This document shows, piece by piece, positions 18,797-28,026 of a DNA stretch of 64,000 nt (the stretch's first letter is position 1; each line of letters begins with the position of its first letter). The stretch comes from Pseudomonadota bacterium. GTDB lineage: Bacteria > Pseudomonadota > Gammaproteobacteria > Burkholderiales > Burkholderiaceae_C. The DNA lies in contig JAZJYR010000024.1 in the NCBI GenBank assembly GCA_040390295.1, positions 14,195 through 78,194 on the forward strand. The letters run 5' to 3'. Under the pieces are notes generated by a model. That model was not told the DNA's origin and searched no databases. It saw only the letters and a program-made list of their open reading frames with translations. A program made the position numbers and the translations under genes.

Positions 18797-19546
18797 ATGA
18801 TCAACGTTTCGGAAGCCCCGGGCCTGGAAAGTCCGACAAGGGTTCTGCTGGTTGAGGACGACGGGGAAATTCGCCACCTGCTTTGGCGCTATCTTGAGAC
18901 GAATGGCATCAAGATGTCGGTTGCAGCCGATGCCGGGGCGGCCCGCCGTTTGATGACACGCCAGTTCTTCGACCTCGTCATCCTCGACTTGTCACTTCCC
19001 GACGAGGATGGCCTCGGCATTTGCAAGAGCATGCGCGATGCTGGCGATAGCACCCCGCTCGTGATGCTCACAGCGCGCAGCGACCTTGCGGCCCGCGTCA
19101 CAGGCCTGGAAATGGGCGCGGACGATTACGTCACCAAGCCCTTTGAGCCAAGCGAACTCCTGGCGCGCATTCATGCCCAGGTGAGGGGACGACTTTATAA
19201 GAACATGATTCGGGGCGATGCGCATGACCCTCTTACGGTCACGTTCGGTATCTGGAGGCTGAGCCTCGACAGGCCCATGCTTTGCCGCGAAGGCCATCCT
19301 GTCGATATCACGCCAACCGAATACGCCCTGCTCAAAGCACTGGCGACACACTGCAATACACCTCTTGGGCGCGACAAATTGATCAGACTTACGCACAGTT
19401 TTGGGGCCACGCTCAATTGGCGCAGCGTTGACGTTCAGATCATGCGCCTGCGCAGGCTAATTGAAAGCGATCCGGCGTGTCCGCAGCTGATTCAGACGGT
19501 CTGGGGTGTGGGCTATGTCTTTGCGCCTGGGGAGTCCGGTGCCTGA
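18797..19546 (+). CDS. OmpR-family response regulator (receiver plus winged-helix)
   Basis: VLLVEDD...ILDLSLPDEDG...YVTKPF, and the C-terminal LTPTEYALLKAL...IQTVWGVGYVF. Confidence 0.9.
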   Translation: MINVSEAPGLESPTRVLLVEDDGEIRHLLWRYLETNGIKMSVAADAGAARRLMTRQFFDLVILDLSLPDEDGLGICKSMRDAGDSTPLVMLTARSDLAARVTGLEMGADDYVTKPFEPSELLARIHAQVRGRLYKNMIRGDAHDPLTVTFGIWRLSLDRPMLCREGHPVDITPTEYALLKALATHCNTPLGRDKLIRLTHSFGATLNWRSVDVQIMRLRRLIESDPACPQLIQTVWGVGYVFAPGESGA

Positions 19547-20918
19547 ACAAAAAAATTCTTTGGGTTCTTTTCTGACGTTCCAGTCACTGCAGCGTCTGCG
19601 ATCGCTTGCGGTTTTTAACACCATGCTGATCGTGTGTCTGGTGATCTCAATGTCAATGGGCATCGTCCTCACAGGGTTTTACCATTTCGTCCAGAAACCC
19701 CGGACTGAAGTATTGACAGACTTCTTTTCGGTGCAGATCTCTACTATTGAGCTGGCTATCTCCATATTGCCGCCAGCAGAGCGCAGCGGCTACCTGCAGC
19801 GACTTGAGACGCTCAGTGACGGAAAAATCAGGCTGTTTGAGCAGGGACACCAGGAAACGGCATCAACAGAACCGTACCTGGTACAGGAGTTTCTGAAAAA
19901 TTTGCGCCAAAAGTCGCCCCGACAAAAGATTAAGTTTATGACCAATCCCCACCCTCAATTGTGGGTGGAAATCAAGTCCCCAGGAGAAGCGCCCACCGTG
20001 TTAACCATGTTTCTGGCGGACGATCTTCGGGTTCCCGCAGGCCTGATCATCGCCAACGTTCTAGTCGCTCTGGCACTGGCTTTTGCAGGCAGCTTATTAC
20101 TGCTCAGGCACACCCGCAAAGAGTTGGGTCCGCTCGCGAAAGCGATTGACAGCTTTGGCGATGGAGCCCCATTTTCGACAGGCTTGCTCGCGGAAAGTAC
20201 CGGAGCTCACGGCATAAGTGAGGAGTTCCTCACAAAATTCAGCGACATGTCGAAACGCCTGGCGCAGGCAAACGTGGAGCGCCAGTTGCTGCTGGCCCAT
20301 CTGTCGCACGACCTGCGCTCCATACTGACGCGTCTGCGGCTAGCCATGGTGATGCTGGTCAACAATCCGAAGGCCATGCAGAAGCTGACGGCACACATCC
20401 ACGAGATGAATCGGCTCATTGGGCAGATACTGGATTTTGGACAGCCCGAAGAGCCTAAAGACGGGATGGAAATACACCTGAGTGAAGTGGTGAACACAGT
20501 TATCGCTGACTTCGAACTGCAAGGCGCGACGATTCATTACCTGGCGGCCCCAACGCCAGCGAGCGTGCTGCGACCACTGGCGGTGCGCCGGCTGCTAGGC
20601 AACCTTATCGACAACGCCTTGCGGCATGCTGGACCCACAGTGGAGTTACGCACATACTTTACAGACGGGTTCGTTCGCGTGCAGGTTCTGGACCGCGGCC
20701 CCGGGGTGAGGCCAGAAGAGCTGGTTCAGTTGACGCAACCCTACTTTCGCACCCCGGATGCACGGACACGTTGCCGAGGCAGCGGCCTTGGCCTGGCCAT
20801 CGCCGAGCGGATTGCGATCTCCCACGGCGGCTTTTTGCGGGTAGGACTGAGGAAAGGCGGCGGAATGTGCATAGAAGCCGGATTTCCCGCAAACGATGAC
20901 GCAAGCGCGGGCGCCTAG
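19506..20918 (+). CDS. EnvZ-like sensor histidine kinase
   Basis: Two TM segments, H-box LAHLSHDLRSILTRL, N-box LIDNALRHA, and G-boxes DRGPGV and GSGLGLAIAERI. It overlaps the regulator gene. Confidence 0.85.
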   Translation: MWAMSLRLGSPVPEQKNSLGSFLTFQSLQRLRSLAVFNTMLIVCLVISMSMGIVLTGFYHFVQKPRTEVLTDFFSVQISTIELAISILPPAERSGYLQRLETLSDGKIRLFEQGHQETASTEPYLVQEFLKNLRQKSPRQKIKFMTNPHPQLWVEIKSPGEAPTVLTMFLADDLRVPAGLIIANVLVALALAFAGSLLLLRHTRKELGPLAKAIDSFGDGAPFSTGLLAESTGAHGISEEFLTKFSDMSKRLAQANVERQLLLAHLSHDLRSILTRLRLAMVMLVNNPKAMQKLTAHIHEMNRLIGQILDFGQPEEPKDGMEIHLSEVVNTVIADFELQGATIHYLAAPTPASVLRPLAVRRLLGNLIDNALRHAGPTVELRTYFTDGFVRVQVLDRGPGVRPEELVQLTQPYFRTPDARTRCRGSGLGLAIAERIAISHGGFLRVGLRKGGGMCIEAGFPANDDASAGA

Positions 20919-20986
20919 AGACGCGGCCCTTTGCACCCCAGTGTCATTTTTGAAATATCTTTCCATTGCAAAAAAACCACAAAAAT

Positions 20987-21006
20987 TTTGCAAATAATCT
21001 TTGCAA
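20987..21006 (+). promoter_or_regulatory. direct repeat TTTGCAA-N6-TTTGCAA in the AT-rich region upstream of the first pilin gene
   Basis: TTTGCAAATAATCTTTGCAA. Further TTGCAA/TGCAA copies lie at 20966-20971 and ~21043. Confidence 0.35.
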
Positions 21007-21089
21007 TCAATACACTAGAAGCGTATTCAATACTTTACATGAATGCAATGTTTATATCGATTAAACTATTTTACGAACGGAGAAGTTAA

Positions 21090-21920
21090 ATGTTTCAAAG
21101 AATGAAAGCTGGAACCATGGGTCGAGGTAGAAGTCGGCAGGGCGGTTTCACCCTGGTCGAAATGTCCGTAGCGCTGGCGGCGGCAGGCTTGCTGTTCGCG
21201 GCCGTAATGACCGGTCAGGAGCTTATCGACCAGACAAAAGCCACCAAGCTGCTGAACGACGTCAAGTCGGTCGAAATGCAGATCCAGCAGTACGCGCAGC
21301 TCAAGGGTCGCATGCCCGGTGACTGCAACGCCGACGGCATCATTGACTTTGCGGCTGACGCCACCAGTCGTTTGGACACTGACAACACTACTCGTGCGCT
21401 GAAGTACGGATACGCCACCACAGTTCCAACTCCGGCGGGAACTGCGGCTACGGCAGCGACATTCGATGAGGGTTGTGTCCTCCAGGATTCCACTAACAAT
21501 ACCACCTCCACCACGCTCGCGGTGTCCACCACCGAAGCCAATACAGTGATCAATGACCTGAAGTTGGCGGGGGTGATCAGCGACAGCGTGCCCAACCGCA
21601 AGTTTGCCAAGCTGGTTCATGAAGACTTCATGTTTGTCGGCAAAATCACCGACAAGGGTGGTTCGTCAGCGGCAGATGCAAACTACAACGCCATCGTGAT
21701 CCACAACGTCCCGCAGTGGATGGCACGCCGCATGGCCACCGCCATCAATGGGCAGGACGCCGTTGCCAACCGCTCGCGCGTGCGCCTGTTAGAGCGTTCC
21801 GGTAGTGACGGAACCTATAACGGCCTTTGGAATACGACCGCTTCCGGTACCACTGGCAACAGCCGCGATGCCATGGTGACGGTGGTGTATTTCTTTGACC
21901 GCATTCCTGCAACCTCTTAA
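21090..21920 (+). CDS. type IV pilin-like protein (276 aa) with a 19-aa leader
   Basis: The prepilin motif is ...SRQGG/FTLVEMSVALAAAGLLFAA (Gly-1, Phe+1, Glu+5). The centre is Thr/Ser/Ala-rich and there are two Cys. A GGAG RBS lies 8 nt upstream. Confidence 0.8.
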   Translation: MFQRMKAGTMGRGRSRQGGFTLVEMSVALAAAGLLFAAVMTGQELIDQTKATKLLNDVKSVEMQIQQYAQLKGRMPGDCNADGIIDFAADATSRLDTDNTTRALKYGYATTVPTPAGTAATAATFDEGCVLQDSTNNTTSTTLAVSTTEANTVINDLKLAGVISDSVPNRKFAKLVHEDFMFVGKITDKGGSSAADANYNAIVIHNVPQWMARRMATAINGQDAVANRSRVRLLERSGSDGTYNGLWNTTASGTTGNSRDAMVTVVYFFDRIPATS

Positions 21921-21947
21921 CACTTAGCATTTGGCGAAAGCCAAAGT

Positions 21948-22018
21948 GAAGGTGGGCTCAGACCCACCTTCAACAAGTCAGCCCTGGCACACCTGTCACA
22001 GGCAGGGCTGACTTGTTG
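21948..22018 (+). terminator. two consecutive hairpins after the pilin gene
   Basis: GAAGGTGGG/CCCACCTTC (21948-21971), then a 16-bp stem CAACAAGTCAGCCCTG/CAGGGCTGACTTGTTG (21971-22018). Confidence 0.55.
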
Positions 22019-22059
22019 AACGGGACGCAAGCCCCTGAATACCTTGTCAGTCAAGTTTT

Positions 22060-23625
22060 TTGAAAAATCCGCCAATGAAAAAGCTGTTGGTCACCATGTC
22101 TCGCGCCGACACGCTATATGGCACCCACCCGGTGCGCTACGCAGTTGTGCGCGGCCGCGAGGTGTTGCAGATCGGCAGCGGCGCGGCGGACGAACTCGCC
22201 AACAAGGCGGGCGGCTCGATGCGCGTCAGCCTGGACTCACCTGAAAATCTGAGCGAGCGCTTGCGGGTGAGGGCCTTGGGGCGCCGGTTTGTGCCGGTGC
22301 TGGTGCAGCGCCACCTGACAGATAACGGAACCTTCACAGAACGTTTTCGCTCGCGCAGCCGCGTGGCCTGGCTGCGGCAAGGTGAGGCCGAGGTGGATGT
22401 GCATGCCATGCTGGAGGACGATGCCGAACTGGCCCAAAGCCTGATGCCGGGCTCCGCACGGCCGCTGACACATCTGATCACCGCAGACGCAGCGGTGGCC
22501 GACCTGATCCGTGCAGCCAGCACAGAGCCGGTACTGGTGCACTGGTGGCACATGGGCATGTTGCGCACCTTGGGCGTGCGCAATGGCAGCGTGGCCTGGC
22601 AGCGGGTACAACCGCTTGGGGACATGTCAGGGCATGCTGATGCAGACCTGTGGAAGACGCTGCTTGAAAGTGCGGCGGCGAATGCGCCAGCAGAATTCAC
22701 AGGTCCCAATTGCTCCGTTGTTCGCTTGGGTAACGGCCCTTGGGCCGCGTCGGGGGACTGGGCCAACAACGGGTCGCGCGAGCTGGTGCAGCGCATCTGC
22801 GACGTGTTCAAGGCCACAGACCCGACACAGGTGCTGCTGCAGCCAGACCTGTTTGGCTTGGCATTCGCAGACCGTCACCAAAACCTCATTACCAATGGCT
22901 ACCGCCAGCGCGTCGCGGCCTGGTACGCAGCGCCTGTGGCCGCGACCCTCGCCAGTCTTGCCGGCGCGGTGCTGCTAGGTCTGGGTATCTGGTGGCAGGC
23001 CCAGGCTGACCATCGCAGCGCGGCACTCGAGCTCAACCTGCAAACTCTGGCCACGCAAAGCAAGGCACTTGAGAACCAGCGCCCCCCCACAGGCGCGGTG
23101 GCTGCACTGCGCTCGGCAGCATGGCGCGAAACCGCGTTGGGCGCCAACCTTCGGGCGGACCACTTCCTCACCGAGCTGCTGGCCCAGGTGCCGGCAGATG
23201 CGCAAGTCACGCAGATCGCCATCCGCCGGGACGACCTTGGCAATGAGCGCCTGCGCCTGACTGACGGACGGCCCGCTCCCGGCACCCAATCTGCAAACGT
23301 GAAGGCGGCCCGCCAGCCCGTGACCCAGCAGGCGAAAGCCCCTTCCACTGATGGGTTGCGACCGGTGTCGGAGCCCGTGACGTTCAAACCAGGGGTGCCG
23401 GTAAGGCGCATGCCCCAGGCGGGTGAACCCACATTCACCGTGGACCTGAAGATCTATCTGGGAGGGGGTTACGCGGGTGGCAAGCTCAAGGCAGAGAAGA
23501 TGGCTGAGCAATTTTCGACGCTGGGGCGACTCTCGGACACCCGGCTGGTGTTCGAGGACCAGGGGCCGCTGGCTCCGGGCGCACTGATGCAAACGCGGCT
23601 GACCATCGCAGCCGGAGCCTTCTGA
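22060..23625 (+). CDS. bitopic pilus assembly protein, MshI-like (PilM/PilN-fusion-like) by position and topology
   Basis: About 300-aa cytoplasmic part, one TM (AAPVAATLASLAGAVLLGLGIWW), and a ~200-aa periplasmic part with a coiled coil. First gene of the assembly operon. No motif was confirmed by eye. Confidence 0.4.
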   Translation: MKNPPMKKLLVTMSRADTLYGTHPVRYAVVRGREVLQIGSGAADELANKAGGSMRVSLDSPENLSERLRVRALGRRFVPVLVQRHLTDNGTFTERFRSRSRVAWLRQGEAEVDVHAMLEDDAELAQSLMPGSARPLTHLITADAAVADLIRAASTEPVLVHWWHMGMLRTLGVRNGSVAWQRVQPLGDMSGHADADLWKTLLESAAANAPAEFTGPNCSVVRLGNGPWAASGDWANNGSRELVQRICDVFKATDPTQVLLQPDLFGLAFADRHQNLITNGYRQRVAAWYAAPVAATLASLAGAVLLGLGIWWQAQADHRSAALELNLQTLATQSKALENQRPPTGAVAALRSAAWRETALGANLRADHFLTELLAQVPADAQVTQIAIRRDDLGNERLRLTDGRPAPGTQSANVKAARQPVTQQAKAPSTDGLRPVSEPVTFKPGVPVRRMPQAGEPTFTVDLKIYLGGGYAGGKLKAEKMAEQFSTLGRLSDTRLVFEDQGPLAPGALMQTRLTIAAGAF

Positions 23626-23627
23626 TC

Positions 23628-25256
23628 ATGACCCGCGATGCCCAAACGGTGCAAGTTCGTCCGAACGGAAACGCTTTGCTCGCCCAACTGGAAAAAGCGG
23701 GCGTGCTCACGCCGCAACAGGTCAGCTACACGCAGCGAATCACTCGCTCTCTGGGCCAGCAGACGACCCAGATACTGCGACTGCTGCGCATGGTGTCGGA
23801 CACGGACATTGCCAAAGCGCTGGCTGTTGTGAACGGGCTGTCCAGCTGGCGACCCGATGCCACGAAAGTGGACTCGCAGGCGCTGGCACAGTTACCTTTC
23901 AGTTTTGCGCGGCAGCACAATATGCTGCCCGTGTGCAACATAAATGGCGTGCTTTACATCGCCACAGACGAGCCGGGTGACCTTGAGGCTCAACAACGCC
24001 TGCGCCGCCATGTCCCGGGCGAAGTGCGCTGGCTTGTTGCACCTCGCGCCGCACTGGCTTCGACCATAGAGATGGTCTACAGGGCCGCCAGCCACCCAAG
24101 CGCAGACGAACTGGAGCGCGAACTGGAACGGGTGGGCGGCGATCTGGATGGCGGCCGCCTGGTAAGGCTTGCACTTGCCGATGCGGTCGAGCGCGGTGCC
24201 AGCGACGTGCACTTCACGCCTTCAGGCTTCGCGTTGCTGGTTTCATTTCGCATCGACGGCGTGCTGCAGTTGCACCATGTGCTCCCCTCGGACCTGCATA
24301 TGCGCGTGGCGTCTGCCATCAAGGTGGAGGCTGGCATGGACATAGGTGAGTCAAGGCGCCCACAGGACGGGAGCTACACGCTTGCGGTGGCTGGCCAGCC
24401 ATTTGACCTGCGGGTCTCGACGATGCCAACCACCCATGGTGAGAATCTGGTGGTTCGGATTTTATCCATGCGGGGTGATGTGCTGCCGCTGGACCAATGT
24501 GGATTTTGGCCCGAGCAGGTGACGCAGATAGAACAACTGATGCGCGCGCCGGATGGCCTGGTGCTGGTCACCGGCCCCACCGGATGCGGCAAGACCACCA
24601 CCCTTTACGCTGGCCTGCGCATGATCAATGCGTTGGAACGCAACATCATGACGGTGGAAGACCCGGTTGAATACCACGTGCCGCTCGTCCGCCAAGTGCG
24701 CCTGAACGACCGTGCAGGCATGAACTTTTCCACTGCCGTCAAGGGCTTTCTGCGGCAAGACCCTGACGTGATCCTGGTGGGTGAAGTGCGCGACGCGGAA
24801 ACCGCATCGATGGCGATTCGTGCCGCTCAAACCGGCCATCTGGTACCTGCGAGCCTGCATACCAACGACGCTGTGGGCGCCATCAGCAGGCTGCGCGATC
24901 TGGAGGTGCCGGACTACCTGCTGTCGGCCAGTTTACGAGGGGTAGTTGCGCAACGCTTGCTGCGCAAACTGTGCGCGGTATGCCGCCAGCCGACGGAGGG
25001 ATCGCACTTTAAAGCAGTTGGCTGCGGGAGTTGTAACCAAACGGGCTACCGCATGCGACTGGCCGTGGGCGAGGTGTTGCTGATTGACGACGAAGTTCGG
25101 TCCCTGATTGATCAAAAGGCGGGGGAGTCAGCCATCCGGCGCAATGTGGTGGGACGCGGATTCAAGCCCATGCGCGTCTGGGCGCAGCAACTCGTGGACC
25201 TAGGCGTAACCACCAGCGCCGAGCTGGACCGGGTATTTGGCGGGGTTCCGGCATGA
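23628..25256 (+). CDS. GspE/PilB/MshE-family type IV filament assembly ATPase
   Basis: Walker A GPTGCGKTT, Walker B DPDVILVGEVRD, His box GHLVPASLHTND, and a tetracysteine CAVC...CGSC. Confidence 0.9.
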   Translation: MTRDAQTVQVRPNGNALLAQLEKAGVLTPQQVSYTQRITRSLGQQTTQILRLLRMVSDTDIAKALAVVNGLSSWRPDATKVDSQALAQLPFSFARQHNMLPVCNINGVLYIATDEPGDLEAQQRLRRHVPGEVRWLVAPRAALASTIEMVYRAASHPSADELERELERVGGDLDGGRLVRLALADAVERGASDVHFTPSGFALLVSFRIDGVLQLHHVLPSDLHMRVASAIKVEAGMDIGESRRPQDGSYTLAVAGQPFDLRVSTMPTTHGENLVVRILSMRGDVLPLDQCGFWPEQVTQIEQLMRAPDGLVLVTGPTGCGKTTTLYAGLRMINALERNIMTVEDPVEYHVPLVRQVRLNDRAGMNFSTAVKGFLRQDPDVILVGEVRDAETASMAIRAAQTGHLVPASLHTNDAVGAISRLRDLEVPDYLLSASLRGVVAQRLLRKLCAVCRQPTEGSHFKAVGCGSCNQTGYRMRLAVGEVLLIDDEVRSLIDQKAGESAIRRNVVGRGFKPMRVWAQQLVDLGVTTSAELDRVFGGVPA

Positions 25257-26464
25257 AGCTGTTCTGGTACCGGGCCATGACGTCAGAAGGCACTTTGGTG
25301 CGTGGCTCAGGCGAGCACGCCAGCGAGATGGATCTAATAGATTCGCTGGTCGCAGAGGGACTACAGCCGTACAGCGTCTGGTCGCTCCCGAGCTGGCTGA
25401 CGGTGCTGTGGTCGCGCCCCTTGAACATGGGGGCCGTAGCGGAGTTCTGCCAGCTGATCGGCCAGCATGTGCGCGCCGGTGCTGACCTTCGCCTAGCGCT
25501 GACCGAGGCAGTCAAGGGTGCCTCGACCACCCGGCTACGAATGCTCTGCGCGCGCCTGAAACGCTCGCTGGAGCGCGGTGACACGCTGGCTCAAGCCATG
25601 GAGGCGACCCGCGCGTTTCCGATGATGCTGCGCCACCTGTTAACTGTGGGCGAAGAGACAGGTCAACTCGAAAACATCCTGGGGAACGCAGCATCGCAGT
25701 ACGAGCAGGCGAGGGTACTGCGTGCGGCTATTCTTCGCGCAACTATTTACCCGGCCATTGTGCTGGTTGTGCTGCTTCTGAGCTGCGCATTCTGGATGTT
25801 GTTCGTCATTCCAAAAATGACGGCAATGTTCGACTCCTTACGCGTGACGCTGCCCCCGGCCACGCTGAAGGTGATTGCGGCAACCGAATGGCTGAGGGCG
25901 TACGGCGCATGGTTGCCTTTGGTACTGTTACCTCTCGCACTTGCCGTGCCGCTACTATGGCGTCATCCGTTTTTTGCCCCTGCGATCCATGCGGTGGTGT
26001 GGTGGATGCCCGGCGTCAAGGGTCTGGAACGCTCACGGGTTTATTACGCTTTTTTCAGCAATCTGGGAACCATGCAGTCGGCCGGCATGACCCTCACACG
26101 CAGTCTGGCAGTGCTGCTGCAGCAGCCTGTGAACCAGCACTTCGGCAGCCGCCTCACGCGCATGAGTGCCAGTACCCGCCGCGGGCTGGCACTATCCGAC
26201 GGTCTGGCACAAAGTGGGGTATTTGAGAGATTTGCCTTGAGCATGATCCGCCTTGGCGAGACCACGGGCACGCTTGACAAGCAAAGTCTGCTCTTGAGTG
26301 AGCACTATTCAGTGCGCCTCAAACAACAAATCGAAACCGGCTCGCGGCTGTTCGAACCCCTGGTGTTGCTTGTACTGGGTGTCTTCCTGCTGCTCATAGG
26401 CGCGACCATGCTGGGCCCGGTTTACGAACTGGCGTCGCGGGCAGCCACGGGGCTCAAGCCATGA
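25253..26464 (+). CDS. GspF/PilC/MshG-family inner-membrane platform protein
   Basis: Two repeated T2SSF-type halves (LIGQHVRAGADLRLAL... and FFSNLGTMQSAGMTLTRSL...), three TM segments, and an ATGA overlap with the ATPase gene. Confidence 0.85.
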   Translation: MKLFWYRAMTSEGTLVRGSGEHASEMDLIDSLVAEGLQPYSVWSLPSWLTVLWSRPLNMGAVAEFCQLIGQHVRAGADLRLALTEAVKGASTTRLRMLCARLKRSLERGDTLAQAMEATRAFPMMLRHLLTVGEETGQLENILGNAASQYEQARVLRAAILRATIYPAIVLVVLLLSCAFWMLFVIPKMTAMFDSLRVTLPPATLKVIAATEWLRAYGAWLPLVLLPLALAVPLLWRHPFFAPAIHAVVWWMPGVKGLERSRVYYAFFSNLGTMQSAGMTLTRSLAVLLQQPVNQHFGSRLTRMSASTRRGLALSDGLAQSGVFERFALSMIRLGETTGTLDKQSLLLSEHYSVRLKQQIETGSRLFEPLVLLVLGVFLLLIGATMLGPVYELASRAATGLKP

Positions 26465-28014
26465 ACACACAGACGTGCACACGTGAGCGCGGCTTCCTGA
26501 TGATAGAACTGGCGATCGGGCTGGTGTTGGCGGGTGCCCTGGTGGCCTTGTTATTACCGCTGATTACCATGCAGCGTGATCAGGACGCCGACCGCAAGGA
26601 TGCACTGGCGATGCAGCAGGCACGCGAAGCCCTGTTGGGCCAGGCAGTAGCAGGGGGCGGTCTCCCCGCTCCTGTGAAGTTCGCAGAAAGCCTTATTGAT
26701 GGCAGCACTTACGCAAGTAGCCATCTGACGCTGGACAGCCTGCTGACAGCACTGGCACCTGGGTGGGCTGGCGCCCTGCCCGGGCAGGCCTTGGGAGTGC
26801 CTGGCATTTCGTCACTGCAAACGGCTTACTGGTATGACGTACAGCCAGCCTTGCGAGCAGATGCTGCCACAGCGTTTTCACCCAAAGTGCAGCTTGGCGG
26901 CAGCGACTGGGAGTTCTATTCCATCATCGACCAGTTTGATCCAGACGTAAATACCGCGATGTCCACCGGTGGCTACAAAAGCCAGCTGTGCCGCAACCTT
27001 AACTCGTTGCAGGCCATCGAGCAAGCCATCAGGGTAGACAGCGGAACGAATTACCTGCGTGACTACATGCACGTTACCCTGCCTCGCGTATGGGGCGCGG
27101 GGTTCGAAAGTCAGTTCACCTGGAACAGCTCGCTGGGGTATGCAGAAGTCTCTCTCCCTGCAGGCGCTACGTCCTTGACCAACTCGGTCTTTGAGAACTC
27201 CGCCGCTGCTGCTTTCGTGGTGTCCCGGCGTCAGCCGCCCGCACTGCGCCGTCTTGATCGTCAAAACGCGGTGTATATGCAGCAAGGCCTGACCGGCCTG
27301 GATCTGGCCTTGAGCAACAGGGGAACTGATGCCTATCCAGCCACTGCGATGGCGGGAGACCGGGGCTTTCGGGTGTATGAAAACCCGGGCACATCGGCAG
27401 TTGACAACCCCACCGCAGACACTTCCGACTACGCGGGTCTGGTGCAGTCTGTGTCGCTGGGCGAGTTTGCCCAGTCGCTGCGCAAGGCCGGTATATGTAC
27501 GACGGCTGCAGCAGCATGCAAGGCAAACCAGTTGTTCGTTCGGCTGAGTAACAGCGTTCTGTCTGCACCACCTTCCGGTAGCGCCGTGGGCCTGCCAATG
27601 CGTTGGTCACTGGTTGACTCCACGAACGCCGTCTACCAGACCGGGGACGTAGTGGCAGGTGCCTCAACAGACGGCGTTTGCATGGATGCATTCGGCATCG
27701 ACACAGCGAACTCTGCTCCATTGCGCTACTTGAGGCTGGCCTTCATCAGTCCGGCGGGCACGGTCGGGTACCCAAGCGGCACCACGTACTACAGAGGCGG
27801 CCTCCTGGTCAGTCCAAACAGCACCCTCACCACCGCTGATGCAGGCGTCACAGCCTGGCGCCCACTGTCAGCTTTGTCGGCAGCTGACGCCGGCAAGACC
27901 GTGACAGTCTCATGCACTGGCACGCACACGGTTACCGCAGCGCTACCGGCGGGCGAACTCTCTACAGCAGCGGACCGGGTCTTGCCCACCTGCACGGTCA
28001 CCCAACTTCCCTGA
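26461..28014 (+). CDS. large (517 aa) pilin-like protein with prepilin N-terminus, candidate minor pilin or tip adhesin
   Basis: MNTQTCTRERG/FLMIELAIGLVLAGALVALLL (Gly-1, Phe+1, Glu+5). The rest has no motif I recognise. Confidence 0.6.
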   Translation: MNTQTCTRERGFLMIELAIGLVLAGALVALLLPLITMQRDQDADRKDALAMQQAREALLGQAVAGGGLPAPVKFAESLIDGSTYASSHLTLDSLLTALAPGWAGALPGQALGVPGISSLQTAYWYDVQPALRADAATAFSPKVQLGGSDWEFYSIIDQFDPDVNTAMSTGGYKSQLCRNLNSLQAIEQAIRVDSGTNYLRDYMHVTLPRVWGAGFESQFTWNSSLGYAEVSLPAGATSLTNSVFENSAAAAFVVSRRQPPALRRLDRQNAVYMQQGLTGLDLALSNRGTDAYPATAMAGDRGFRVYENPGTSAVDNPTADTSDYAGLVQSVSLGEFAQSLRKAGICTTAAAACKANQLFVRLSNSVLSAPPSGSAVGLPMRWSLVDSTNAVYQTGDVVAGASTDGVCMDAFGIDTANSAPLRYLRLAFISPAGTVGYPSGTTYYRGGLLVSPNSTLTTADAGVTAWRPLSALSAADAGKTVTVSCTGTHTVTAALPAGELSTAADRVLPTCTVTQLP

Positions 28015-28026
28015 GAACCAATTACC

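Noticed and set aside
20960-21090. A sigma-54 (-24/-12) promoter was looked for upstream of the pilin gene, prompted by the TTGCA motifs.
   Set aside because: No GG dinucleotide lies at the required distance upstream of any TTGCA, so the TGGCAC-N5-TTGCA geometry is not met.
23628-23800. A c-di-GMP-binding MshEN-type motif was looked for at the N-terminus of the GspE-family ATPase (LLAQLEKAGVLTPQQV).
   Set aside because: Only a weak single half-motif is visible by eye. This needs a profile search and I do not claim it.
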